64,000 nucleotides of DNA from Candidatus Woesearchaeota archaeon. GTDB taxonomy: Archaea > Nanobdellota > Nanobdellia > SCGC-AAA011-G17 > JACPNG01. Position 1 is the stretch's first letter. Each line of letters begins with the position of its first letter. The notes under the pieces were generated by a model, which was not told where the DNA came from, did no database searches, and saw only the letters and a program-made list of their open reading frames with translations. Made by a program: the position numbers and the translations under genes. The stretch spans positions 4,885-68,884 of the forward strand of contig JAFCDT010000002.1 of the NCBI GenBank assembly GCA_017609525.1, read 5' to 3'. Below, in pieces: positions 1-10,745 of this stretch.

Positions 1-969
1 CTTTGTTAGAATTTCTTCAATTATTTGGTCAGTGGTTATATTCTCTGCTTGACCTTCATAAGAAAGAAGTATCCTATGGCGTAAGACACTTTTTGCAATA
101 TTCTTAATGTTTTGAGGAGTGACGTATGTTTTTCCATTTAGCAGTGCGTCAGCTTTGGAAGCAATAAATAAACTTATTGAGGCTCTTGGAGAGGCCCCAT
201 ATAGAATATATTTCCCAAATTTTAGTTTTTGACTTTCTCTCGTAGCGTTAACAATTCTTACAATATAGTCTTCCAATTCCTTACTAAGATAGATATCTTG
301 GGTTAGTTTTTGTAAATGGTTTATTAATGAAGGTGTTAATACTGGTTTAAGATCAAATTCATCAAAATCTTTTAAGGAAATGTTTTGATTTAGTATTTTT
401 TGTTCTTCTTTGGTAGAAGGGTAACCCATATAAAGTTTAAACAAGAACCTATCTATCTGTGCTTCTGGTAATGGATAAACCCCTTCAGATTCTATTGGGT
501 TCATTGTTGCCATTACAAAAAAAGGCGATTCAAGAGGGTATGTTTTTTTAGCTAAGGTGACCTGCCTTTCTTGCATTGCTTCTAATAAAGCAGATTGTGT
601 TTTTGGAGAGCTTCTGTTTATTTCGTCTGCTAAGATAAAATTAGAAAATATTGGACCTTTTTGGGTAGTAAAGCCTTTCTTTGGATCGTAGGTTGTAATT
701 CCAATTATGTCTGTAGGTAATAAATCAACTGTGAATTGTATTCTAGAAAAGGTGCATCCTGTTGTTTTTGCTAGTGTTTTAATTAGCAATGTTTTTGCTA
801 TTCCTGGAACTCCTTCAACCAACACGTGCCCCTTGCATAAGATGGTTCTAAGTAATCCATCGAGTACTTCTTCTTGTCCAACAATTACCTTAGATACTTC
901 TTGTTTTAGTTTTTTAAAAAGAAGATTATATTTTTTAACCTCTTTTTCTTTTAATTTTGTTTTGGGCAT
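1..969 (-). CDS. MoxR-family AAA+ ATPase (3' end runs off the window)
   Basis: Manual translation from ATG at 969: GHVLVEGVPGIAKT (Walker A), RIQFTVDLLPTDIIG, LADEINRSSPKTQSALLEAMQERQVT, YPLPEAQIDRF; not in ORF track because truncated. Confidence 0.93.
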   Translation of the reverse strand, partial: MPKTKLKEKEVKKYNLLFKKLKQEVSKVIVGQEEVLDGLLRTILCKGHVLVEGVPGIAKTLLIKTLAKTTGCTFSRIQFTVDLLPTDIIGITTYDPKKGFTTQKGPIFSNFILADEINRSSPKTQSALLEAMQERQVTLAKKTYPLESPFFVMATMNPIESEGVYPLPEAQIDRFLFKLYMGYPSTKEEQKILNQNISLKDFDEFDLKPVLTPSLINHLQKLTQDIYLSKELEDYIVRIVNATRESQKLKFGKYILYGASPRASISLFIASKADALLNGKTYVTPQNIKNIAKSVLRHRILLSYEGQAENITTDQIIEEILTK

Positions 970-1040
970 TATATCTATTTTAGATTAATTGTGTTTAAAT
1001 AATTTACGCATTACTTGAGGATGGTGTTTGTTTAATTAGG

Positions 1041-2261
1041 TTAGATTTTATTAAGATAATCAATATCTTGTTTTTCAAGTTCTAGTTGTTCTTGTAATTC
1101 TTTGCTGTTTTTTAATAAAATTTTCAGATAGGGCAATTCTTCTAGGTTTCTTTGTGTTGATAGTCTTGTTTGTGTGGCTAATTTATCTGCAATCAGATAT
1201 TTTCTTTTTGAAACCAGGGACCATAGCCTAAAGTTCTGTTTTGGGGACCTTCTTGTTTTTTTTAGGATTATTTTTTCTGGTTTTTTATCCTTTGCATTTG
1301 CAATGCCTGCAGAAAGCAAAGAACCAATGTAAACTAAGAATCTGTAATGTTGGGATTTCATTATTTGTCTTTGGAATACATCTACTTTAGATAGGATATC
1401 AAATGCCTGGCTTAGTTCATTTAGTTGATAATTTCTTGGAATATTTTCTTCTATCCAGTATATTAATGCATTATCATCTGAGAAAACTGCAGGAGACCTG
1501 TTTGTTTTTCCAAAGTCGATTAGATTGACTACTGATTTTTTATCTGAAATAGCTTCATAAGCGATGTTTATATCTTTTGTTTTGAAAATTTTCAGAAGTA
1601 CATTTTTTATTTCTTCTGTTTTTTCCCTTGTTCCTAGTTCCAGTATTGCTTCTTTTGTTATTTTTTTGTTAGATAAAACTTGCAAGTCTGTTATTGCTGC
1701 CCTTAGGTCCCCTGAGGAGTATCTTGCAAGATAATCCAATGCAGAAGGTTCGTAGTCTAACTTTTCTTTTTTGGCTATTTCCTCTAGTTTTTTTGCTATT
1801 GCTTCTCTAGTTAGTGGTTCAAATTCTAATATTTGGCAATATTTTTTTAATGGCTCAATTTTATCTGCATCAAAACTAGTTGTAGTTAAGATTATTGGAA
1901 AGCTTGTATTTTGAATCACTTCAATTATGGCTTTTACTGCGCCCCTATCTATTGCTGAAAGTCCTTCTAATTCATCAATTAGGATTACCTTTCCATTGTT
2001 AAATAATGATTTTTGTTGAGTAGATGTTCCTAAGAGGGAGAGTATCTTTTCTTTGTTCCTAAAATTGCTTGCATTTAGTTCATATAATTCGTAATTTAAT
2101 TCCTGGGCTAATGCATATATCGTAGAGGTTTTACCAATTCCTGTTGGACCATAGATTAAAAGTGCTGATTTTGAATTTAATACAAATTTTTTTAGTTTTT
2201 CAACTGGGTGTTGTATTACTTGGTTAAGTTTTGTTGGTTTATATTTTTCTGTCCATAACAT
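1041..2261 (-). CDS. rfcL: Replication factor C large subunit
   Basis: WTEKYKP, GPTGIGKT, ELNAS, IDELEG, GDLRAAITDLQ; RFC-L-type C-terminus. Confidence 0.92.
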   Translation of the reverse strand: MLWTEKYKPTKLNQVIQHPVEKLKKFVLNSKSALLIYGPTGIGKTSTIYALAQELNYELYELNASNFRNKEKILSLLGTSTQQKSLFNNGKVILIDELEGLSAIDRGAVKAIIEVIQNTSFPIILTTTSFDADKIEPLKKYCQILEFEPLTREAIAKKLEEIAKKEKLDYEPSALDYLARYSSGDLRAAITDLQVLSNKKITKEAILELGTREKTEEIKNVLLKIFKTKDINIAYEAISDKKSVVNLIDFGKTNRSPAVFSDDNALIYWIEENIPRNYQLNELSQAFDILSKVDVFQRQIMKSQHYRFLVYIGSLLSAGIANAKDKKPEKIILKKTRRSPKQNFRLWSLVSKRKYLIADKLATQTRLSTQRNLEELPYLKILLKNSKELQEQLELEKQDIDYLNKI

Positions 2262-2832
2262 TTTGGAAAAATCTAACTATATCTGTATTGAATTTAGGAT
2301 ATAATTTGTTCGCAACCGGCCAAACTTCATCTTCTTCATCTGAAAGAAGTTCTTTTTCTAAGACTTTTTTGAAATATGCTTTTCCATAAAGATTTTCAAC
2401 TACTTTTCTTTCTACTAAACATAAAGGGATGTGAACTTTAAAGAAAACATCTTTTTCTGGGTAGAGATTGTGTAATGCTTTTATTAGTATTCTGCTTTTT
2501 TTTATGTTTCTTACAAATAAGATATGAATTAATTCATGGAGGATTGTTAGTTTTGTTTCCTCTAGGTTTTGATTCATTTTAATTGTAAATGGGTGAGAAA
2601 GTGCTTCGTATTCCATATTTTTAACTACATAACATTTTTCGTCGTGTCCGAATCTGAGTTTTGAAACCTTTTCTATTTCTTTTATGATCTTTTTCTGATA
2701 TTTATCCCAGAACTCTTCTATTTCATCGATATAGAGCTTGACTTCTGTAATTTGTTCTTCATGGTAAGGCAGATTGCTCATTATAGTAAGCATTCTGTCA
2801 TATGGAGCAGAATATATGAAATTTATTTTCAT
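2239..2832 (-). CDS. Hypothetical protein with HExxH zincin motif
   Basis: TILHELIHIL; overlaps both flanking RFC genes. Confidence 0.7.
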   Translation of the reverse strand: MKINFIYSAPYDRMLTIMSNLPYHEEQITEVKLYIDEIEEFWDKYQKKIIKEIEKVSKLRFGHDEKCYVVKNMEYEALSHPFTIKMNQNLEETKLTILHELIHILFVRNIKKSRILIKALHNLYPEKDVFFKVHIPLCLVERKVVENLYGKAYFKKVLEKELLSDEEDEVWPVANKLYPKFNTDIVRFFQNVMDRKI

Positions 2833-3767
2833 TTTTTAACAAAATTTGCAAGGAGTGCTTCAAGTTGGATGAACTCGTCAGAACCTTCTACCATCCTAAA
2901 CTCTATTTCCCCACATTTATTTATTAAATCTATTTTTTTATTATCAGGAATGTCTAAATTCCATATTTCTTTTTGTATTTGTTTTATTATGTCTAAACCA
3001 GTTAAACTATGTTCAAGCATTGTTTTTAGTAATATTTTTCGTGCTGTTAGAAAATCTCCTTTAATTGCTAAGTTTAATACTTCTTTTACTTCTTTGGGTC
3101 GTGCTGCAGAAACAATTTCGTATGTTAAAGATTCTGTTATGTTTTTATTTATTGAGGCACAGCTTTGTAAAATATTTTCAACTCTTCTTAGGTCTCCATT
3201 TGAAAGTTCATGGAGAATTCCATAAACTTTTTTATCTATCTTTAGTTTTTCTTCTTTAGCTATTTTATCCATTACTTTTGTTACTTGTTCTAAGGTTAAT
3301 GGTTTAAATCTAAAGATTGCACATCTTGATTGGATTGGGTCTATTATTCTTGTTGAATAGTTACATGAAAGAATAAATCTAACTGAATTAGAATAAGTTT
3401 CCATTGTTCTTCTTAATGCTTGTTGTGCATCTTTTGTTAAAGCATCTGATTCATCTAAGAATATTATTTTGTGGGTGCTTGTACTTAATGATCTAGTTCT
3501 AGCAAAGTCTTTTACTTCGTTTCTAATTATATCTATCCCCCTTGAGTCTGAAGCATTAAGTTCAAGAAAGTTGTGTTTCCAAGTATCTCCAAATAGTTTT
3601 TTAGCTATTATCAATGCTAATGTAGACTTGCCCACCCCTGCTGGACCCGAAAATAACAAATGAGGAATGTTTTTTTGCTCAACAAAAGCCTTAATTCTCT
3701 TAGCTACATGCTCTTGTCCCACAAAATCTTCAAAATCTTCTGGTCTGTATTTTTCAATCCATAGCAT
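2829..3767 (-). CDS. rfcS: Replication factor C small subunit
   Basis: WIEKYRP, GPAGVGKS, LELNASDSRGID, DESDALT, IQSRC; no intein. Confidence 0.97.
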   Translation of the reverse strand: MLWIEKYRPEDFEDFVGQEHVAKRIKAFVEQKNIPHLLFSGPAGVGKSTLALIIAKKLFGDTWKHNFLELNASDSRGIDIIRNEVKDFARTRSLSTSTHKIIFLDESDALTKDAQQALRRTMETYSNSVRFILSCNYSTRIIDPIQSRCAIFRFKPLTLEQVTKVMDKIAKEEKLKIDKKVYGILHELSNGDLRRVENILQSCASINKNITESLTYEIVSAARPKEVKEVLNLAIKGDFLTARKILLKTMLEHSLTGLDIIKQIQKEIWNLDIPDNKKIDLINKCGEIEFRMVEGSDEFIQLEALLANFVKK

Positions 3768-3998
3768 AAGAAGTTTGAGTTTAATATGATTAAATAGGTT
3801 TTATATTGTGGAGTATATACATCATAAAATATCAAGATTTTTTTCAAAAACTATATAAACATCCTCTAAATCAGTAAACCTATGGTTTTGACTATTGAAT
3901 ACAAAATTATTTCTATCATTATATAGTCATACCTATTTTATGTGGGTGATTCTCAATGGCAAAATATTTATATTATAAGTGGGGGTTAAGGATTTAAG

Positions 3999-6827
3999 AT
4001 GTATGATTTTAAAGCTGTAGAACCAAAGATTTTTGATTTTTGGAAAAAGAATAAGATTTTAGAAAAAGCAAAAGAAAAGAATAAAGATAAAAAAACATTC
4101 TATTTCTTAGATGGGCCACCATATACTTCTGGACGGGTCCATATTGGTACTGCCTGGAATCAATGTCTGAAAGACCAAGTATTAAGATACAAAAGAATGC
4201 GTGGGTTTGATGTGTGGGATCGTGGGGGATATGACATGCATGGATTGCCTACTGCCCATAAGGTTCAAGCAAAATATAACCTAAATTATAAAGAAGATAT
4301 AGAAAAGTTTGGTGTTGATAAATTTGTTAAAGAATGTAAAGATTTCTCTATAAGAATGATGAAACGGATGAATGAAGAATTTGATCAACTGGCTGTTTCT
4401 TTAGACCATAAAAATCCCTATATGACAATAAGTGATGAATATATTGAAGGAATCTGGTGGTTGGTTAAGAAGGCGGATGAAAACAAGAGACTGTATCTTG
4501 GTGAAAAATCTATGACTTGGTGTTATGATTGTGAAACTGCTTTGGCCAAACATGAGTTAGAGTATAAAGAAGTTGAAGAGGACTCTATCTTTGTTAAGTT
4601 TAAGGTTCAAGGTAAAAAAAACGAGTATCTAATTATTTGGACAACAACTCCTTGGACCATTCCTTTTAATTTAGGGGTTATGGTAAATCCGGAATTAGAT
4701 TATGTTAGAGCTAAGGTTGATGATGAAATCTGGATTTTAGCTAAAGGTCTGGCTGCGCCTGTTGTAAGAAGTGTCGCCAATAAGAATCTAAAAATTATTG
4801 AAGAATTTAAAGGAGAAAAATTAAAAGGATTAAAGTATGAACATCCGTTTTATAACATTCTAAAGCATAAATATGATGAATTAACAAAAGAGTCTGATAA
4901 AGTTTTTACTGTGGTGTTATCTAAAGAATATGTAAACTTAAGTGCGGGTACTGGTTTGGTTCATATGGCTCCTGGCTGTGGTCCAGAAGATTATGAAGTT
5001 GGAAAAGAAAATGGAATTCCTCCATTTAACAATTTAACCCAATCTGGATTTTATCCTGATGATATGGGGAAATTTTCTGGTTTGAATGCTAAAAAAGATA
5101 ATGAAAAATTTATAGAGGCATTGGAAGAAAATGGGATGCTAATTGCAACTACTAAAGTTAGCCATGATTATGCTCATTGTTGGAGATGCAAGAATCCTGT
5201 TATCTATAGACTAACAAAACAGTGGTTCTTTAGGGTTGAAGATTTAGTTCCTAAGATGTTAGAACAAAATAAAAAAGTTAAATGGATTCCTAAAGAAATA
5301 AGTGATAGATATGAATTGTGGATTAAAAATCTCAAAGATAATTCTATTACAAGGCAAAGGTATTGGGGAACTCCTATGCCTTTATGGAAATGTGAAAACT
5401 GTGAAGAATACACCGTTGTTGGGTCTATTAAGGAATTAAAAAAATTATCTGGTAAAACTCCTAAAGATTTACATATTCCTTGGATCGATAAGATAACAAT
5501 TCCTTGCAAGAAATGTAAAGGGATTATGAAAAGAATTCCTGATGTTGTTGATGTATGGATGGATTCTGCAACTGCATCTTGGACTTGTTTAGATTATCCT
5601 GTAAGAGAAGATTTATTCAAAAAGTATTGGCCTGCTGATTTTATTTTAGAAGCTTCTGAACAAGCGAGACTATGGTTTTATGTTTTACAAGTAGCTTCAA
5701 ATATTACCATGGGTAAGAATTGTTACAAGGCAGTATATTCTCATGGCATGTTAAGGGATATTGAAGGAGAGAAAATGAGCAAGAGTTTGGGAAATATCAT
5801 TTCTCCTAAAGAGGTTACTGATAAGTATGGGGTTGACACTTTTAGATTATATACCATAACTGCAAAAGCAGGAGTTGATTTGAATTTTTCATGGGAAGAG
5901 ATTAAACTAAGATATAGGAATTTGGATGTGTTATTGAATATTGCTAATTATTTGATTAATTATTGTGATAAAATTCCTGCAAATTTGCCTGAAAAATTAG
6001 AAAAAGAGGATAGATGGATTTTATCTAGGTTGAATTCTGTAATCAAGGAATCAACTGAATTGTTAGATAGTTATCAATTGGATGTTGCTCCCCAGTTGGT
6101 AGAGAGATTATTTTTAGATTTAAGTAGGGAGTATATTAAATATACAAGAGACAGGGTTGATGATAAAGGAATCTTTAGAGTGATTTATGATATTTTAATT
6201 GAGATTGTTAAGATGATTTCGATTACTTGTCCTTATATTGCAGAACATCTTTATTTAAAATTAAAAGAAAAGTATGGTTTGAAAGAAGAAAGTGTTTTCT
6301 TATTAGACTGGCCCAAAGCAAATGAGAAAATAATTGATAAGGAATTAGAAAATAATATGGAGTTTGTGAGAGAGGTGATTCAAAAAATATTTGCTGAAAG
6401 AGAAAAAGCTAGAGTTGGGGTAAGGTGGCCCTTACTTAGGGTAGAGGTTCCATGTAAAGAACCTAAAAAATATGAAGGATTTAAAGATATAATCAAAAAA
6501 CAGGTTAATGTTAAAGAGGTTTTATTTTCAGACAAAATTGAAGATGTAAATTTAGATATAACTATGACTCCTGAATTAGAGTTGGAGGGTTTTGCGAGAG
6601 AATTAATTAGGAGGATCCAAAGCTTGAGAAAAGCAGCTAAATTAAGGAAGAGTAATAAGATAAGCTTGTATGTAAAAGGAGATTATGATTTGACCAATAT
6701 GGCTGAAGAAATTATGGAAAAAGTAGGAGCAGATAGCCTAGAATTTGGTGAAACAGAAACCGAGTTCAAATTGAATGTAAAAATAAAAGAGAAAGAATTT
6801 TTTATTGGTTTTGACATTTTGAAGTGA
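3999..6827 (+). CDS. ileS: Isoleucine--tRNA ligase (archaeal/eukaryotic type)
   Basis: DGPPYTSGRVHIGT, WTTTPWT, GTGLVHMAPG, RQRYWGTP, KMSKSLGN. Confidence 0.97.
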   Translation: MYDFKAVEPKIFDFWKKNKILEKAKEKNKDKKTFYFLDGPPYTSGRVHIGTAWNQCLKDQVLRYKRMRGFDVWDRGGYDMHGLPTAHKVQAKYNLNYKEDIEKFGVDKFVKECKDFSIRMMKRMNEEFDQLAVSLDHKNPYMTISDEYIEGIWWLVKKADENKRLYLGEKSMTWCYDCETALAKHELEYKEVEEDSIFVKFKVQGKKNEYLIIWTTTPWTIPFNLGVMVNPELDYVRAKVDDEIWILAKGLAAPVVRSVANKNLKIIEEFKGEKLKGLKYEHPFYNILKHKYDELTKESDKVFTVVLSKEYVNLSAGTGLVHMAPGCGPEDYEVGKENGIPPFNNLTQSGFYPDDMGKFSGLNAKKDNEKFIEALEENGMLIATTKVSHDYAHCWRCKNPVIYRLTKQWFFRVEDLVPKMLEQNKKVKWIPKEISDRYELWIKNLKDNSITRQRYWGTPMPLWKCENCEEYTVVGSIKELKKLSGKTPKDLHIPWIDKITIPCKKCKGIMKRIPDVVDVWMDSATASWTCLDYPVREDLFKKYWPADFILEASEQARLWFYVLQVASNITMGKNCYKAVYSHGMLRDIEGEKMSKSLGNIISPKEVTDKYGVDTFRLYTITAKAGVDLNFSWEEIKLRYRNLDVLLNIANYLINYCDKIPANLPEKLEKEDRWILSRLNSVIKESTELLDSYQLDVAPQLVERLFLDLSREYIKYTRDRVDDKGIFRVIYDILIEIVKMISITCPYIAEHLYLKLKEKYGLKEESVFLLDWPKANEKIIDKELENNMEFVREVIQKIFAEREKARVGVRWPLLRVEVPCKEPKKYEGFKDIIKKQVNVKEVLFSDKIEDVNLDITMTPELELEGFARELIRRIQSLRKAAKLRKSNKISLYVKGDYDLTNMAEEIMEKVGADSLEFGETETEFKLNVKIKEKEFFIGFDILK

Positions 6828-6908
6828 TGGCTTTTTTTAAATAGCTTTAAATATTTTTCTATATCTTTATAAATACTATTTATAAATGAAAATTTAGGGG
6901 GGATCAAA

Positions 6909-7475
6909 ATTTGTGCTAAAAAATCTTCATCTAAAAAAGAGGTTAAACTACAGAATATTGTTGCTACGACGTCCTTAGGAAGAGATATTCCTTTGATTAA
7001 ACTTGCTGAGGCTTTGCCTAATACAGAATACAATCCAGAACAGTTTCCTGGTCTGGTAATGAGAATTAGGGATCCAAAAACAAGTGCTTTAATCTTTAGT
7101 TCCGGTAATGTTGTTTGTACTGGGGCAAAGTCTATGAAAAAAGTAAAAGAGTCTATTAAAGCAATTATTGCAAATATAGCAAAAATTAAGATAAGGATAA
7201 AAGAAGAGGGCGTACTTAAGAAAATAAAAGTGCAAAATATGGTGGCTTCAGGCAATATTGGCATGGATCTTAATCTTAATTCCTTAGCAATTCAGCTTGA
7301 GAATACAGAATATGAGCCAGAGCAGTTTCCAGGATTGGTGTATAAATTGGCAGGGACTAGGGCTACTTTCTTGTTGTTTAGCAATGGAAAGATTGTTTGC
7401 ACTGGCACCAGATCTGAGAAGAAACTTCATGAAGCAATAGATCAACTTGTTATTAATTTAAAAAAACAGAAATAG
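6909..7475 (+). CDS. tbp: TATA-box binding protein (start uncertain; conserved frame extends upstream of the TTG at 6993)
   Basis: Two repeats: LQNIVATT...YNPEQFPGLV...LIFSSGNVVCTG and VQNMVASG...YEPEQFPGLV...LLFSNGKIVCTG. Confidence 0.95.
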   Translation: MCAKKSSSKKEVKLQNIVATTSLGRDIPLIKLAEALPNTEYNPEQFPGLVMRIRDPKTSALIFSSGNVVCTGAKSMKKVKESIKAIIANIAKIKIRIKEEGVLKKIKVQNMVASGNIGMDLNLNSLAIQLENTEYEPEQFPGLVYKLAGTRATFLLFSNGKIVCTGTRSEKKLHEAIDQLVINLKKQK

Positions 7476-7539
7476 TTTTTTGATTTTATATTGTTTTGTA
7501 TATATAAGTTTATAACTTTGAAGGTTCTCTCTTTTAAAA

Positions 7540-9558
7540 ATGGTAGATGCTCATGAACAGATTGAAAAATTCCAGGATTTTATAGATAGTGAGTATAAAA
7601 AAGAACTAAATAAAATAATTAACAAAGGTCTAAGGTCTCTGGTTGTGGATTTCAACGATATAGCTGAGTTTGATCACGTGTTGGCAGAACAGTTGTTAGA
7701 AGAGCCAGAAGATTCTATCAGGGCTGCAGAAATTGCTTTAGATAATTTGGGATTGGGGGGAAAGAGTATAAAATTTAGAGTGAAAAATTTGCCCAAGGCT
7801 CAGATGACTTTAATAAGAAATATAAGAAGCAATCATTTAAACAAGTTAATCAGTTTTGAAGGCATTGTCAGGCAGAGTTCTGATGTAAGACCTCAGGTTA
7901 CTCAAGCAAGGTTTGAATGTCCCAGCTGCGGGGATATAATTACTATCCTTCAGGTGGATACTAGTTTTAAGGAACCAAGAAGGTGCAGTTGTGGTAGAAA
8001 GGGAAAATTCAGATTATTAAGTAAAGACCTTGTTGATGCTCAACGATTAGTTATAGAAGAATCTCCTGAGCTGTTAGAAGGCGGAGAACAACCTAAAAGA
8101 CTGTCTGTTTTTCTAAAAGAGGATTTGGTTGAACCTAAGATGGAAAGAAAAACTACACCAGGAAGCAAAATTAAAATCACTGGTATAATAAAAGAGATTC
8201 CTGTTTATCTTCGGACCGGAGCCCAATCCATAAGGTATGACCTGATTGCAGAGACAAATTATATAGAGCCTGTTCAAGAAACCTTAGAGGATATTGAAAT
8301 TAGTGAAGAAGATGAAGATGCAATAAAATCTTTAGCTAAAGATCCTAAAATATACGAGAAATTGGTTATGAGTGTTGCTCCTTCAATATGGGGGCATGAA
8401 AAAATAAAAGAAGCATTAATCTTGCAATTGATGGGTGGGGTTAGAAAAGTAAGAGATGATGGTACTAAGACACGGGGGGATATGCACATTTTATTAGTTG
8501 GAGATCCAGGTAGTGGAAAATCACAGTTACTTCAATTTATTTCTAAGGCAGCTCCAAGAGCAAGATTTGTTTCTGGTAAAGGTGCTTCGTCTGCTGGATT
8601 AACTGCTTCTGTGGTCAGAGATGAGTTTCTTAAAGGTTGGGCTTTAGAAGCTGGTGCACTTATTTTAGCTAACTCAGGAATATTGTGCATAGATGAGATG
8701 GACAAGATTCCTCAAGAAGATACTTCTGCATTGCATGAAGCATTAGAACAACAAACAGTTACCATAGCAAAAGCTAATATTCAGGCAGTTTTAAGAGCAG
8801 AAACTGCGGTTTTGGCTGCAGCTAACCCAAAGCTTGGCAGATTCGATCCTTATAAGCCAATTCCTGATCAAATCGATATGCCTCCTACTTTGATTAACAG
8901 GTTTGATCTAATTTTTCCAATTAGGGACTTACCTAATAAAGAAATAGATGAAAAAATTGCTAAGCACATTCTTAAAATACAAAAAGAACCAACGAAAGTT
9001 CAAAGCATCATACCTAGAGATTTGCTTAAGAAGTATATTGCGTATGTTAAACAAAAGGTCCATCCCAAGTTAACTGATGCAGCAATCGAAGAAATAAAAA
9101 ACTTTTATGTTGAATTAAGAAACCAGGGTTCTTTTGGAGACGATGCAATAAAACCAATTCCTATAACAGCTAGACAGCTAGAGGCTTTAGTAAGATTGGC
9201 TGAAGGAAATGCTAGGATTAGGTTGGGCAAGCAAATAACTAAAGCTGATGCAAGACGAGCCATTAATATTTTGAGATACTGTTTAGAAATAGTGGGCTTA
9301 GATCCAGAAACCGGAAAGATAGATATTGATAGAATTTCAACTGGAATAACTGCTTCACAAAGAAGTAAGATTGTTATTATTAGAGAGATAATTTATGACT
9401 TGGAAGAAAGCATTGGCAAATCGATTCCTTTGGAAGAAATAATCAACAATGCTGCAGAAAAGGGAATACAACAAGAACAGGTTGAAGAAGTTATTGAAAG
9501 ATTAAAAAGGGAGGGAGAAGTTTTTGAGCCGCGAAGAGGATTTGTTAGCAGAATATGA
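7540..9558 (+). CDS. mcm: MCM replicative helicase
   Basis: Zn finger CPSC/CSC, GDPGSGKS, IDEMDK, INRFDLIF, C-terminal winged helix. Confidence 0.97.
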   Translation: MVDAHEQIEKFQDFIDSEYKKELNKIINKGLRSLVVDFNDIAEFDHVLAEQLLEEPEDSIRAAEIALDNLGLGGKSIKFRVKNLPKAQMTLIRNIRSNHLNKLISFEGIVRQSSDVRPQVTQARFECPSCGDIITILQVDTSFKEPRRCSCGRKGKFRLLSKDLVDAQRLVIEESPELLEGGEQPKRLSVFLKEDLVEPKMERKTTPGSKIKITGIIKEIPVYLRTGAQSIRYDLIAETNYIEPVQETLEDIEISEEDEDAIKSLAKDPKIYEKLVMSVAPSIWGHEKIKEALILQLMGGVRKVRDDGTKTRGDMHILLVGDPGSGKSQLLQFISKAAPRARFVSGKGASSAGLTASVVRDEFLKGWALEAGALILANSGILCIDEMDKIPQEDTSALHEALEQQTVTIAKANIQAVLRAETAVLAAANPKLGRFDPYKPIPDQIDMPPTLINRFDLIFPIRDLPNKEIDEKIAKHILKIQKEPTKVQSIIPRDLLKKYIAYVKQKVHPKLTDAAIEEIKNFYVELRNQGSFGDDAIKPIPITARQLEALVRLAEGNARIRLGKQITKADARRAINILRYCLEIVGLDPETGKIDIDRISTGITASQRSKIVIIREIIYDLEESIGKSIPLEEIINNAAEKGIQQEQVEEVIERLKREGEVFEPRRGFVSRI

Positions 9559-9615
9559 AAAATTTACGAATTAATCAATATTATTTTTATTAAAATGGAG
9601 ATTTTAATAAGATAG

Positions 9616-10302
9616 ATGGCACAAGCAATAAAAAGGCAAACAGCAGTAAAAATTTGGATTTCTAATCTCGTTAATGGTAACTATGTAAAGCAGGACGGGG
9701 ATTTTGAATCAAACTATGTTGAGGTCAATGGAAAACAAATTGGGAGAGTTAATATAATTGCCACTGTTGTTTTTAAGTTTCAAAGTGAAGATAACAATTA
9801 CCTGAGTATAACCTTAGATGATGGCAGTTGTCAAATAAGGGTTAAGGCTTGGAATGAGGCAACTGACTTTTTGAAAAATATAAATGTTGGGGATACAATA
9901 AATTTAATAGGAAGACCAAGAGAGTTCAATGAAGAAATTTACATTGTGCCTGAAATAGTTAAAAAAATAGTTGATCTTCATTGGGAGCTTGCTAGGAAAG
10001 CAGAATTGCTTAAGGAGTATGGAAAACCTATGAAGGTTGATTCCACAAAACAGAGCATGCCCCGAGAAAATACAAGGACAACTAAAGAGAGTGAAGTAGT
10101 TGAAGAAAAAGTAGAGGAATCAGAAAATAGGCAAAAAATTCTGGAATTAATTGAGAAATTGGGTGCGGAAGGAGGTGTTGAAACAGAAGAGATCACAAAA
10201 CAAAGCGGTATGGACAAGGACACTGTAGAAGAAGTTGTTTTGGAATTGCTAAAAAATGGTGAGATTTATGAACCCCGGCCTAATGTTTTAAGGGTTCTTT
10301 AA
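9616..10302 (+). CDS. RPA32-like OB-fold ssDNA-binding protein with C-terminal winged helix
   Basis: RVNIIATVV...ITLDDGSCQIRVKAW OB fold; LLKNGEIYEPRP wH tail. Confidence 0.8.
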   Translation: MAQAIKRQTAVKIWISNLVNGNYVKQDGDFESNYVEVNGKQIGRVNIIATVVFKFQSEDNNYLSITLDDGSCQIRVKAWNEATDFLKNINVGDTINLIGRPREFNEEIYIVPEIVKKIVDLHWELARKAELLKEYGKPMKVDSTKQSMPRENTRTTKESEVVEEKVEESENRQKILELIEKLGAEGGVETEEITKQSGMDKDTVEEVVLELLKNGEIYEPRPNVLRVL

Positions 10303-10337
10303 AAACATTTATAAATTCAATTAAAATCTTTAGTTCT

Positions 10338-10745
10338 ATGAATTATGATGAATTATTAAAAAAAGCTAGAAAAGCCATGCCTAAAGGTGTAGCTAAGAAA
10401 GAAAGATTTGATGTCCCAAAGGTTAAAGGTCATGTGCAGGGCAATAAAACAGTAATTAGCAATTTTTGTCAACTTTGTGATATTTTTTGTAGAAATGAAA
10501 GCCATGTATTAAAATATTTACAGAGGGAACTTGCATCACCTGCCAGCCTAGATGGACCAAGGTTAGTTTTAGGAAGAAAAATCAGTTCGAGTCTTATTAA
10601 TGAAAAAATACAAAAATATGTTAAAGAATTTGTTCTTTGCAAGGAATGTGGTAAGCCTGATACAAAATTAATTGAAGAAGGCGGCGTGATATATGTAAAA
10701 TGCACAGCTTGCGGAGCCAAATACCCCATAAAATCTAAAATATGA
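10338..10745 (+). CDS. eif2b: Translation initiation factor 2 beta subunit
   Basis: YDELLKKA, GNKTVISNF, CKECGKPDT...CTACGA. Confidence 0.95.
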   Translation: MNYDELLKKARKAMPKGVAKKERFDVPKVKGHVQGNKTVISNFCQLCDIFCRNESHVLKYLQRELASPASLDGPRLVLGRKISSSLINEKIQKYVKEFVLCKECGKPDTKLIEEGGVIYVKCTACGAKYPIKSKI

